This document shows, piece by piece, positions 20,976 through 30,312 of a stretch of DNA of 64,000 nt; the stretch's first letter is position 1, and the number at the start of each line of letters is the position of its first letter. Source of the DNA: an uncultured Actinomycetota bacterium. Lineage in GTDB: Bacteria > Actinomycetota > Actinomycetes > JAHEKZ01. The stretch spans positions 448,001-512,000 of the forward strand of contig CAVURN010000003.1 in assembly GCA_963743915.1 (NCBI GenBank). The letters run 5' to 3'. The position numbers and the translations under genes were made by a program. A model generated the notes under the pieces. It did not search any database. It saw only the letters and a list, made by a program, of their open reading frames with translations, and was not told where the DNA came from.

Positions 20976-21360
20976 GCGCGGCCGCACTGTCTCCCTGGAG
21001 ATCCCTGCAGAGGCCGAGTACGTGGCGGTGCTGCGTGCCGCCGCGTCGGTGATCGCCACGCGCCTCGACTTCTCGCTCGACGAGATCGACGACCTTCGCA
21101 TCCTGGTCGACGAGGCGGCGTCCCTTCTGATCGTCGCGGGTGCCCAGGGAAACCTGCACTGCGCCATCGACGCCGACGGTGACTCCATCGCCCTCAGCCT
21201 CAGTGGCGATCTGCCCGCAGGTGCGAGCGTCGCGTCGGACGGGTTCGCCTGGAGCATCGTGCGCGCGCTGGCCCATCAGGTCGCGTCCCATGCGTCCGGC
21301 ACCGAGCACACGATCGCCGTGACGCGGCGTCGTGGCCCGGTCCTTCATCCCGCCAGCTGA
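20968..21360 (+). CDS. Anti-sigma factor (RsbW/UsfX-like)
   Basis: LDFSLDEIDDLRILVDEA; lies between the STAS gene and the sigma gene. Confidence 0.88.
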   Translation: MPERGRTVSLEIPAEAEYVAVLRAAASVIATRLDFSLDEIDDLRILVDEAASLLIVAGAQGNLHCAIDADGDSIALSLSGDLPAGASVASDGFAWSIVRALAHQVASHASGTEHTIAVTRRRGPVLHPAS

Positions 21361-22097
21361 TGGTGGCCGTGACACCCGCCGCCGACGCCCCGACGGGCCG
21401 CATCGTCCCGCCCGAAGAGCGCGACCGCCTGGTCGAGGAGCACCTGGGGCTGGCCCGGCACCTCGCGCGCCGATTCAGCGGACGCGGTGAGTCGTTGGAG
21501 GACCTCACCCAGGTGGCGTACCTCGCGCTCGTCAAGGCTGCCGATCGCTACGACCCCGAGCGCGGCGTCGAGTTCGGAGCCTTCGCGACGCCGACCGTCC
21601 TCGGCGAGATCAAGCGTCACTTCCGTGACAAGGGCTGGGCCATCAGGGTGCCGCGACAGCTGCAGGAGCTGCGCATCGCCTTGTCAGCCGCCACCGACGA
21701 GCTCACCCACGAGCTCAGTCGGTCGCCCAGTGTGGGCGAGCTCGCACATCACCTGGGGGTGAGCGAGGACGACGTCATCGCCGGCCTCGAGTGTGGCCGC
21801 GCGTACAGCACCCAGAGCCTCGATCCACTCGTCGACCCCGAAGAGGATGACACCGCACTCGCAGCGGTGATCGGCACCGGCGACCCCGGTTTCGAGACGG
21901 TCGAGAACCGCCAGGCGCTGCGTCCGCTCCTGGCCGACCTTCCGGAGCGCGAGCGGAACCTGCTCGAGCTGCGGTTCTTCCAGGGGATGACCCAGACGCA
22001 GATCGCCGCCCAGCTGGGCATCTCACAGATGCACGTGTCGCGGCTGTTGACGCGGACCCTCAACCACCTGAGGACCCAGCTGCTGCAGGAGGGCTGA
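21360..22097 (+). CDS. SigB/SigF family RNA polymerase sigma factor
   Basis: EDLTQVA, RYDPERG, GEIKRHFRDKGWAIRVPR, GISQMHVSRLL. Confidence 0.95.
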   Translation: MVAVTPAADAPTGRIVPPEERDRLVEEHLGLARHLARRFSGRGESLEDLTQVAYLALVKAADRYDPERGVEFGAFATPTVLGEIKRHFRDKGWAIRVPRQLQELRIALSAATDELTHELSRSPSVGELAHHLGVSEDDVIAGLECGRAYSTQSLDPLVDPEEDDTALAAVIGTGDPGFETVENRQALRPLLADLPERERNLLELRFFQGMTQTQIAAQLGISQMHVSRLLTRTLNHLRTQLLQEG

Positions 22098-22101
22098 GGG
22101 C

Positions 22102-22560
22102 TCAGCGGTCGGACGGGTCGGAGTCGAGCACCGACTCCTGGCGGAGGTCGAGCTCGACCCAGATGCGCTTGCCCTCGTCGCTGCGGTCGTAGCCCCAGGC
22201 ACTCGCCAACGCAGCGACCAGCAGCAGGCCTCGTCCATGTTCGGCCTCGAGGTCAACATCCCGCTCGAGCGGGACACCTGATGGCTCGTCGTCTGCAACC
22301 TCAATCCGCACCAGCTGGCCGTCGCGGCTGACGCGGAGGGTGGGGCGGCTGTCGGTGTGCTTGATGACGTTCGAGACGAGCTCGCTCACGAGCAGCTCGG
22401 CGGTCGCCAGCAGACCTGCGTCGGCGACGTGAAGCTCCTCGAGCCGTTGGGCTGTCAGGTGCCGAGCCCGCGGGACGCTGTCGACGCCCGCCGGCAGCCG
22501 CCAATTGCCAGGTCCGAGGTCGCTGCCTTCGGCGCCACGACGTTCGCGCTCGGCACTCAT
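22102..22560 (-). CDS. RsbW-like ATP-binding (HATPase_c) protein
   Basis: ELLVSELVSNVIKH, EHGRGLLLVAALASAWG, GKRIWVEL. Confidence 0.88.
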   Translation of the reverse strand: MSAERERRGAEGSDLGPGNWRLPAGVDSVPRARHLTAQRLEELHVADAGLLATAELLVSELVSNVIKHTDSRPTLRVSRDGQLVRIEVADDEPSGVPLERDVDLEAEHGRGLLLVAALASAWGYDRSDEGKRIWVELDLRQESVLDSDPSDR

Positions 22561-22637
22561 GCAGGCCATTCTTCCATCCCCGTGGTGTCCCCGCCGCCGA
22601 TCGACGCCAGGCTGCTCGTGCTCCTTCCGTCGAAGAA

Positions 22638-22663
22638 CTACCCCGTCCTTGACCTCGGCAAAC
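22638..22663 (-). promoter_or_regulatory. SigB/SigF-type promoter candidate
   Basis: GTTT-N16-GGGTAG on the minus strand upstream of the RsbW-like gene. Confidence 0.5.
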
Positions 22664-22726
22664 CCGCAGACCGATCTGCGACGAAGGGCTCTGGAGGGGA
22701 GGAGCCACGCGGACCACGCTGGGACG

Positions 22727-23434
22727 GTGAGTGACATCAGGGTCGGTGCACCGCCCTCGTGGGGTCGGTGGACGGTTGCCTGCGGAGTCGCCGAGACGGT
22801 CGGCATGGTGGCGGCTGCCGGCGCGTTCACCCTCACCCGAGTCTGGCTCGGCGAGCCGGAGACGGTTGCCGTCGCGGTGCTGACGGTGCTGATCGCCATG
22901 ATCGGTGGTGCCGTCGAGGGACTGGCTGTCGGTGCGGTGCAGTGGTGGCTGCTGCGGCTGTGGCTGACGCGGCTCGCGGCGTCCGCCTGGGTCGGTGTCA
23001 CCGTGGCCGCCGCAGTCGCAGGGTGGATGCTCGGAATGCTGCCGTCGGTGCTGGTGCCACTTCTGGGTTCGGACGGCTCGGCGTCCGAGGTCACCGGCCC
23101 GCCGCTGTGGGTGATGCCACTGGTCGGGATCGGGACGGGGCTGGTGCTCGGGGGCTTGTTCGGGCTGGCCCAGTACGCCGTGCTGCGCCATCACGTGCGC
23201 AACGCCCGAGCCTGGGTGTGGGCGAATGCTGTGGGGTGGGCAGCCGCGATGGCGGTGATGTTCACCGGCGCGGGCATCCCGGCCGGGCCTTGGCCGTGGG
23301 TCGAGCTGCTGCCGCTCGCCGCCGCCACTGGCGTGCTCGCCGGGATGGCCATCGGCGCCGTCACCGGCGCCGTTCTGCCGTATCTCGAGCCTGCCGTGGG
23401 GCCATGCTCCAAGCTACGTTGGGTCAGTGGCTGA
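22727..23434 (+). CDS. Hypothetical multi-TM membrane protein
   Basis: About six hydrophobic segments with an internal repeat pattern (GAVQWWLLR...WV / GLAQYAVLR...WV); start uncertain. Confidence 0.7.
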   Translation: MSDIRVGAPPSWGRWTVACGVAETVGMVAAAGAFTLTRVWLGEPETVAVAVLTVLIAMIGGAVEGLAVGAVQWWLLRLWLTRLAASAWVGVTVAAAVAGWMLGMLPSVLVPLLGSDGSASEVTGPPLWVMPLVGIGTGLVLGGLFGLAQYAVLRHHVRNARAWVWANAVGWAAAMAVMFTGAGIPAGPWPWVELLPLAAATGVLAGMAIGAVTGAVLPYLEPAVGPCSKLRWVSG

Positions 23435-24860
23435 CGTGGATCGGCGGAACTCGCCCTGACCAGGGCAGCGCCTCCTCCAGCTGGGCCGACAGCCGCAGCA
23501 GCAGCGACTCCGTGCCGAAGCCACCGACCAGCTGCATGCCGATGGGCAGGCCGCTCTCGCTCATGTGCAGGGGCAGGCTGATGGCGGGCTGCCCGGTGGC
23601 GTTGAACACGGCGAGGAACGACTCCCACGGAGCCCAGACCTCGAACAGACGGCTGAGCTCGATCGGCTCGGTGGGGTCGTACATCTTGAGCGGAGCGGGG
23701 AGCCGTCCGAGTGTGGGGGTGAGCAGCACGTCGTACGACGAGAAGAACCACCCCATGATGCGGGCGAGGTGGTTGGCCTGCCCCATCGCGTCGAGCAGCT
23801 GTCCGGCGGTGACGGTGCGCCCGTACTCGACGGCGGCGAGGGTCGAGCCCTCCAGTGTGTCGGCGTCCGGGGTCTTGCCGAGGTAGGCCGAGAGGCTGTC
23901 GATGGTGTGGGCGTTGTCGGCTGCCCACACGTCGGTCATCGCGCGCAGGAACGGGTCCCACTCGAAGGTGGGGGTGGCCTGCTCGACGTGGTGTCCGAGG
24001 GACTCGAGCAGCTGTGCGGTCGCCTCGGTGGCAGCCGCCACCTCGGGGTCGGCCTCGTGCCCGGACCACGGCGAGCTCCAGTACGCGACGCGCAGCGGGT
24101 CGACCGGAGACCCGACCTCCTCGAGGAAGGGCCGGGTCGGAGCAGGGATGACGAAGGGGTCGCCGTACGCCGGACCGGCAAGCGCGTCCAGCAGCGCGGC
24201 GGTGTCACGCACGCTGCGGCTCACCATGAAGTGCACCGCCCAGCCGGCGAGTGCCTCGGCGATCTGGGGGCCCCACGTGACGCGCCCGCGCGAGGTCTTC
24301 AAGCCGACCACGCCACAGGACGCGGCGGGGATGCGGATGGATCCGCCGCCGTCGCTCGCGGAGGCGACCGGGACGATGCCTGCCCCCACGACAGCGGCGG
24401 CGCCACCGCTGGAGCCACCGGCGGAGTGCGCCGCGCTCCACGGCGTGCAGGTGAGTCCCTCCGCGAGGGTCTCGGTGGTACCGAGGATGCCGAACTCCGA
24501 CGTCGTCGTACGACCGAGGTTGACCAAGCCGCTGCGCCGGATGCGGTCGTAGAAGGCGGTGTCGAGCGAGACGACCCAGTCGGCGCTGAGCCGGCTGCCG
24601 TTGCCGCAGTGTTGGCCCGCCTCGCCGTGGAAGAGGTCCTTCACCATCGTCGGGACGCCGCCGAAGGGACCGGAGGGTGCCTCGTCGCCGACGCCGGCGG
24701 CCCGTTCGCCGTAGACCTCGACGACGGCCCCGAGCGTCCCGTCGACCTGCTCGGTGGCCCGGACGGCGCAGGAGGCGAGCTCGCTCGGGCTCACCTGACC
24801 GGTGCTGACGAGCTGGGCGAGGCCGAGCCCGTCGTACTGGGCGTACTCATGGAGTTCCAC
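23424..24860 (-). CDS. Amidase signature family protein
   Basis: GVPTMVKDL, GGSSGG, SDGGGSIRIPA. Confidence 0.95.
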   Translation of the reverse strand: MELHEYAQYDGLGLAQLVSTGQVSPSELASCAVRATEQVDGTLGAVVEVYGERAAGVGDEAPSGPFGGVPTMVKDLFHGEAGQHCGNGSRLSADWVVSLDTAFYDRIRRSGLVNLGRTTTSEFGILGTTETLAEGLTCTPWSAAHSAGGSSGGAAAVVGAGIVPVASASDGGGSIRIPAASCGVVGLKTSRGRVTWGPQIAEALAGWAVHFMVSRSVRDTAALLDALAGPAYGDPFVIPAPTRPFLEEVGSPVDPLRVAYWSSPWSGHEADPEVAAATEATAQLLESLGHHVEQATPTFEWDPFLRAMTDVWAADNAHTIDSLSAYLGKTPDADTLEGSTLAAVEYGRTVTAGQLLDAMGQANHLARIMGWFFSSYDVLLTPTLGRLPAPLKMYDPTEPIELSRLFEVWAPWESFLAVFNATGQPAISLPLHMSESGLPIGMQLVGGFGTESLLLRLSAQLEEALPWSGRVPPIHVSH

Positions 24861-25029
24861 GCGGGGATGCTAGCCCGGGCCCGATCACCCAGCGTGACTG
24901 GCATTGGGCCGTTCGTCTCATGCCTGCCCCCGGTCCCCGGAAAACGGCCCCGGATCCCGCATACTCGTGCGTACGCTCTGCTGGACCCGTCGCCCCTGGA
25001 CAGGGGCTTCGCCCTGAACAGGTGGATCG

Positions 25030-26109
25030 ATGCTTCCTGAGCACGTTCAACCGGAGGTCGTCGAGCTCGACGCGACCTTCCGCGCGATCGACGCCGGGAC
25101 GTCCCTCGACGGACGGTTGGTCGAGTACTTCACCGCGGCCTGGCCCGCCTACCGGCGCTGGTACCTGAGCCAGGGGGAGGCCGCGCGTCCCACCTACGCC
25201 GAGTGCGCGACCAACCTGCGCCGGTACATGCCGGAGCTGGCGGACACCTACGACCGGCTGGTGGAGGCCGTCGGCGGCGGCGACCTCGAGGCGCGCTTCC
25301 TCAGCCACTGGAACCCGCCTCCGCTCTTTGCGGCGTGCTCGCTTCTGACGTACTCCCGTGAGCGCCATGTGCTGGTGCGCAACTACGACTACCCGCCGCT
25401 GCTGTGCGACAACACGGTGCTGGCGTCGTCCTGGCACGGGGCGAAGGTGCTGGCCATGACCGACTGCCTCTGGGGCGCCCTCGACGGCCTCAACGAGCAC
25501 GGTCTGTCGGTCGCCATCGCGTTCGGGGGACGGCCTGTGGTGGGGGAAGGGTTCGGGATCGGGCTCGTTGTCCGATATGTCCTGGAGTTCGCCCGCAACG
25601 TCCCCGAGGCGCTGGCCATCCTGCGGCGGGTGCCGGTGCAGCTGACGTACAACATCGCCCTGGTGGACGCAGCGGGCGACAGCGCGATCGTCTACGTCGC
25701 CCCCGACCGCGAGCCGGTGGTGAGCGGAGTCGCCACCGCAGGGAACCGACAGGGACCGACCGTCTGGCCGGAGCACGCCGAGTTCTGCGCCACCGTGCCG
25801 CGCGAGCACGCGATGGCCGAGGCGATCGCCGAGCCGGCGCTGGGCGTCGGGGACCTGGTCGACCGGTTCCTCCAGGCGCCGATCTACCGCTCGACGGCCA
25901 CGAGCACCTGGGGCACCGTCTACACGGCGGTGTACGACACCGATGCCCGGGTGCTGGAGCTGGCCTGGCCCGACGACCGGTGGGCGCTGTCGCTGCACGC
26001 CTTCGAGGAGGGGGAGCGCAGTCGACGGACCCTCGTGGCCGTGCCGCCTCCGGTGTATCAACCGGCCCCCGAGCCCGTTCCTGAGCACCCTCCGGTCCTG
26101 ATCGCCTGA
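25030..26109 (+). CDS. Peptidase C45 family (Ntn-hydrolase/acyltransferase)
   Basis: AACS putative Cys nucleophile, LVRNYDY, LDGLNEHGL. Confidence 0.85.
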   Translation: MLPEHVQPEVVELDATFRAIDAGTSLDGRLVEYFTAAWPAYRRWYLSQGEAARPTYAECATNLRRYMPELADTYDRLVEAVGGGDLEARFLSHWNPPPLFAACSLLTYSRERHVLVRNYDYPPLLCDNTVLASSWHGAKVLAMTDCLWGALDGLNEHGLSVAIAFGGRPVVGEGFGIGLVVRYVLEFARNVPEALAILRRVPVQLTYNIALVDAAGDSAIVYVAPDREPVVSGVATAGNRQGPTVWPEHAEFCATVPREHAMAEAIAEPALGVGDLVDRFLQAPIYRSTATSTWGTVYTAVYDTDARVLELAWPDDRWALSLHAFEEGERSRRTLVAVPPPVYQPAPEPVPEHPPVLIA

Positions 26110-26191
26110 CACGGGTCCACTGCTCCGGACCGGTACCGATCAAGACATCCGTGCCCAAAGGCCTGTCCATCGGGGCTATGGTCCGGGCACG

Positions 26192-27800
26192 ATGGGCAAG
26201 AAGAAGAAGGACAAGAAGAAGCACAAGCGCAAGAAGCACTTGCGCTCCGACGGCGCACCTCGGCGACTGGACACGACCATGAGCAACGTGGGAACGGGTG
26301 GGGCGGCGAAGACCGCCAAGGCGAAGAAGTCGTCCAAGACACGCGCTCGTCGCAAAGCCGAGGGCCCGGTGCTGCGCAGCCTGTCCGACATCTACCAGTA
26401 CTTCCGGGAGAACACGAACCCGATCTACTTCGTCTCGCCCACCGCCTACAACCTGCTCGGGATCGACGAATGGATCGGCGCGTTCCGTTACATCACCTAC
26501 TTCGACAGCTTCCACGGCGGTCACTCACGCAACTTCTCGCCGACCCACAGCGGCCCCCGTGACTTCGAGACCTTTGAGTCGGTGAACTCCTACCTGCTCG
26601 GCAACAAGGAGGTCATCGACTTCATCAAACGCAACGGACCCGGTCGTGTGCTCTTCGTGATGTTCGATGAGGAGACCGAGGAGTTCGCCCACCAGCTCGG
26701 TCTCGACATCGCACTGCCGCCCCGCGAGCTGCGCGAGAAGATCGACTCGAAGATCGTGACGACTCAGCTCGGCAACGAGGCCGGTGTCGCCAGCGTGCCC
26801 AACGTCATGGGGCGCGCCAAGTCGTACAAGCAGCTCCGCAAGCTCGCGAAGAGCGCCGGCCTCGGCGAGGACCTCGTCGTGCAGACGCCCTACGGCGACT
26901 CCGGACGCACCACGTTCTTCATCGCGCAGGAGGACGACTTCCTGGACAACGAAGACGTGCTGACCGACACCGAGCTGAAGGTGATGAAGCGGATCAACCA
27001 CTTCCCGGGAACCGTCGAGGCATGTGCGACGCGTCACGGCACGTTGGTCGGTCCGATCCAGACCGACATCACCGGCTTCCCCGAGCTGACGCCCTACCGC
27101 GGCGGGTGGTGCGGGAACGACGTGTTCCCCGGAGTCTTCACCGAGGACATTCGCAAGCAGATCGGTCGCATGGCGCGCAAGCTCGGGGAGCGGCTGTACG
27201 AGATCGGCTACAAGGGAGTGTTCTGCCTCGACTTCCTGGTCGACGACGACGACGGCCAGGTCTACCTCGGCGAGATCAACCCCCGGATCTCCGGGGCGTC
27301 CCCGCTCACGAACCTCATCACCTCTCGGTACGGGGGCGTCCCGCTCTTCCTCTTCCACATGCTCGAGTTCTGCGACGTCGACTGGGAGGTCGACATCGAC
27401 GCCGTTCAGCACCGGTGGCGTGACTTCGACCGCTGGACGCAGCTGGTCCTGAAGCAGGTCACTGACGAGGTCGAGCTGATCACCGCCGCTCCGCGCAGCG
27501 GTCTGTGGCGCATCGACGACGACGGATCAATCGCGTACGTGCACGAGGAGACCGACTGGCACAACGTCAGCGACGACTCCGAAGCCTTCTACCTTCAGGT
27601 GTACGGCGAGGGTGAGTACCGGTACCCCGGTGCCGACCTCGGGATCCTGGTCACCCGCGATCGAATGCAGACCGACAGCCGCGAGCTGCTCGCCCGCGGG
27701 GCCAAGTGGGCCTCAGCGATCGGCGACCAGTTCCAGGGCGTACCACCGGAAGGCCGCGTGGTCACCCCGGAGGAACTGCTGTACGCGCAAGTGGTTCTGA
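26192..27800 (+). CDS. ATP-grasp ligase ('biotin carboxylase'-like) with Lys-rich N-terminus
   Basis: VQTPYGDSGRTTFF, LDFLVD, LGEINPRISG; true end probably YAKWF-TGA at 27800, with a one-base insertion near 27789 fusing it to csbD in the ORF track. Confidence 0.8.
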
Positions 27801-27810
27801 CGCCGGCGGA

Positions 27811-27835
27811 GTTTGTTCCGCCCCTGTGCGGGGAA
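27811..27835 (+). promoter_or_regulatory. SigB/SigF-type promoter candidate for csbD
   Basis: GTTT-N15-GGGGAA upstream of a CsbD gene, a classical SigB target. Confidence 0.5.
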
Positions 27836-27877
27836 GGCGGGTGGGAACACCCATCTGTCGCACAGAGGAGTCATCAC

Positions 27878-28051
27878 ATGGGGATCGACGACAAGGCGCG
27901 TCACAAGGCCGAGGAGCTCAAGGGCAAGGCCAAGGAGACCACCGGGTCCGCAACCGGCGACGAGGAGCTTCGCGAGGAAGGCCGCGCCGACCGGACGAGC
28001 TCGGACCTGAAGCAGGCCGGCGAGAAGGTCAAGGACGCGTTCAAGCGCTGA
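27878..28051 (+). CDS. csbD: CsbD family general stress protein
   Basis: MGIDDKARHKAEELKGKAKETTGSATGDEELREEG...KQAGEKVKDAFK; GAGGAG RBS. Confidence 0.92.
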   Translation: MGIDDKARHKAEELKGKAKETTGSATGDEELREEGRADRTSSDLKQAGEKVKDAFKR

Positions 28052-29213
28052 CGGCAGCCGCGGAGAGGCGCGCAAGCGCCTCCCGCAGCACCGTCTCCCT
28101 TTTGCTGAACGTCCACCGGACGAGTGCGCGCTCCGCCGGGCCGGGGTCCTCGTAGAACACCGAGCACGGCACCGCGACGACGCCGGTACGGTGCGGGAGC
28201 TCCCGACAGAAGGTCAGCGCGTCGTCCCAACCGACCGAGCGCACGTCCGTGGTGACGAAGTAGGTGCCGCGCGGCCGGTGCGCCTCGAACCCCGCGGCCG
28301 CCAGTCCGTCGGTCAGCAGGTCGCGGCGCGCGGCCATCGACTCCCGCAGTCCCTCGACGAAAGCCATCTCGTGGGCCAGGGCATGGGCCACGGCGAACTG
28401 GAACGGTCCACCGCTCACGAAGGTCAGGAACTGCTTGGTCGTGCGCACGGCGTCGACCAGGTGAGCCGGGCCCGTCACCCAGCCGACCTTCCAGCCGGTG
28501 AAGGAGAACATCTTGCCCGCGCTCGAGATGGTGAGCGTCCGCTCGGCCATCCCCGGCAGCGTGCAGAACGGGACGTGCGCCTCGTCGAACGCGAGATGCT
28601 CGTACACCTCGTCGGTGACGACGATCAGATCGTGCTCCTCGGCGACCCGGGCCACGGCCGTCAGCTCGTCGCGGGAGAGCACCGCTCCGGTGGGGTTGTG
28701 CGGCGAGTTCAGCAGGATGACCTTCGTGCGCGGCGTGATGGCGTCGCGCAGCAGCTGCTCGTCGAGACGGAAGTCGGGGGGTCGGATCCGGACGGGAACG
28801 CATCGACCACGCGCCATCGCGATGGTCGCCCGGTAGGAGTCGTAGAACGGCTCGAGGGCGATCACCTCGTCCCCGATGTCGATGAGCGCCAGCATCGCGG
28901 CCGCGATGGCCTCGGTGGCGCCAGCTGTCACCAACACCTGCACGTCCGGATCCAGCGCGACGCCGTAGCTGCGCCGCTGGTGGCCGGCGATCGCGTGACG
29001 CAGCTCGGGGACCCCCGGACCAGGCGGGTACTGGTTCCCACGTCCCTCACGGATCGCGGCCACGGCTGACTCCGCCACCGACGGTGGGCCGTCGACGTCG
29101 GGGAAGCCCTGCCCGAGGTTGATGGCGCCGGTCTGCACGGCGAGGGCCGACATCTCGGCGAAGATCGTGGTGCCCAGACCGGCCAGGTGCGGGACGAGCG
29201 GCTCGCGGCTCAC
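28041..29213 (-). CDS. PLP-dependent class I/II aminotransferase (DapC/YbdL-like)
   Basis: AINLGQGFPD, LNSPHNPTG, DEVYEH, SSAGKMFSFTGWKVGW. Confidence 0.93.
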   Translation of the reverse strand: MSREPLVPHLAGLGTTIFAEMSALAVQTGAINLGQGFPDVDGPPSVAESAVAAIREGRGNQYPPGPGVPELRHAIAGHQRRSYGVALDPDVQVLVTAGATEAIAAAMLALIDIGDEVIALEPFYDSYRATIAMARGRCVPVRIRPPDFRLDEQLLRDAITPRTKVILLNSPHNPTGAVLSRDELTAVARVAEEHDLIVVTDEVYEHLAFDEAHVPFCTLPGMAERTLTISSAGKMFSFTGWKVGWVTGPAHLVDAVRTTKQFLTFVSGGPFQFAVAHALAHEMAFVEGLRESMAARRDLLTDGLAAAGFEAHRPRGTYFVTTDVRSVGWDDALTFCRELPHRTGVVAVPCSVFYEDPGPAERALVRWTFSKRETVLREALARLSAAAVSA

Positions 29214-29235
29214 GTGCCCACCGTACGGTGGACCG

Positions 29236-30312
29236 GTGATCGACGACGGGATCGGACCCGATGCGCGCGTCACCGCGTCCGGTGAGCTGGCGCGGGCACT
29301 GGACGCCGTCTCCGTGCTCGCGCCGGCCGCAGAGCAGCTCGAGTCCGTGGGCGTGACCCGGGCGGAGGTCGACACGCTCGCCGATGCCGGCGTCCTGTCG
29401 GCGGGTCTGCTCCCCGGGTGGACGCCACCGAACGTCCGTGAGCTCCACGAGCAGCTGGCTGCGGCGTCCGGGGCCCTGTGGTTCGTGCTGACGCAGCACC
29501 GGTCACCGGCGACGGCTGCCGCCTCGACGGCGAACGCCGCGCTGCGCGAGCGGTGGTCGGGGCCGCTGACGCGGGGAACGGCGCTCGGCGCCGTGGCCTT
29601 CGCGCACCTGCGTCGACCGGGGCCGGCCGGCGTCACCGCCAAACGCCTGGACGGCGGCTGGCAGGTCGACGGCCGGCTCGACTGGATCACCTCGTGGGGA
29701 CTGGCCGACGTGCTGCTGCTGATGGCCGAGTCGCCGGATGGTGAGGTGGTGCAGGCGCTCCTTCCCGCGTCCGCGCGGGAGGGACTCCGCATCACCGGGC
29801 CCCTCGCCCTGGCGGCGATGCAGGGGACGTCGACGGTGGGTGCAGTGCTCGACGGACTCCGGATCGAGGACGCCGAAGTCGCCCACGTGGTGCCGAAGGA
29901 CGAATGGCTGACCGAGGACGCGCAGCGCACCGCCAACGCCCCACCCGCTGTCTTCGGCCTCACCCGGGTGGTCGTGAACGCCCTGGCCGCTGCCGCGTCC
30001 AGGCGTGGATCTGCTGAGGCGACGGCACTGGCCGGCCGGTGGAGGACGGAGATGGCGGCGATCCGCTCGCGTTCGTACGCCCTGGCCGACGACGTCGATC
30101 CGGCCGAGGCGCTCGACGAGCGGCGCCGGCTGCGGGCAGCCGCGACCCGGCTCGCGCAGGACGCCACATCGGCTCTGATCGCCGTGCAAGGTGGACGCGC
30201 CATGCTCACGTCGTCGCCCGAGCAGCGGTGGGCACGAGAGGCGCTCTTCGCGCTGGTGCAGGCACAGACGGCCGTGACTCGAGCGGCGCTCCTGGCGACC
30301 TATCGCGGCTGA
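29236..30312 (+). CDS. Acyl-CoA dehydrogenase family protein
   Basis: GWQVDGRLDWITSWG, GGRAM, QRWAREALFALV. Confidence 0.8.
   Translation: MIDDGIGPDARVTASGELARALDAVSVLAPAAEQLESVGVTRAEVDTLADAGVLSAGLLPGWTPPNVRELHEQLAAASGALWFVLTQHRSPATAAASTANAALRERWSGPLTRGTALGAVAFAHLRRPGPAGVTAKRLDGGWQVDGRLDWITSWGLADVLLLMAESPDGEVVQALLPASAREGLRITGPLALAAMQGTSTVGAVLDGLRIEDAEVAHVVPKDEWLTEDAQRTANAPPAVFGLTRVVVNALAAAASRRGSAEATALAGRWRTEMAAIRSRSYALADDVDPAEALDERRRLRAAATRLAQDATSALIAVQGGRAMLTSSPEQRWAREALFALVQAQTAVTRAALLATYRG

Noticed and set aside
26192-28051. ATP-grasp-CsbD fusion (619 aa in the ORF track)
   Set aside because: csbD has its own promoter match, RBS and ATG; a single inserted base near 27789 explains the read-through
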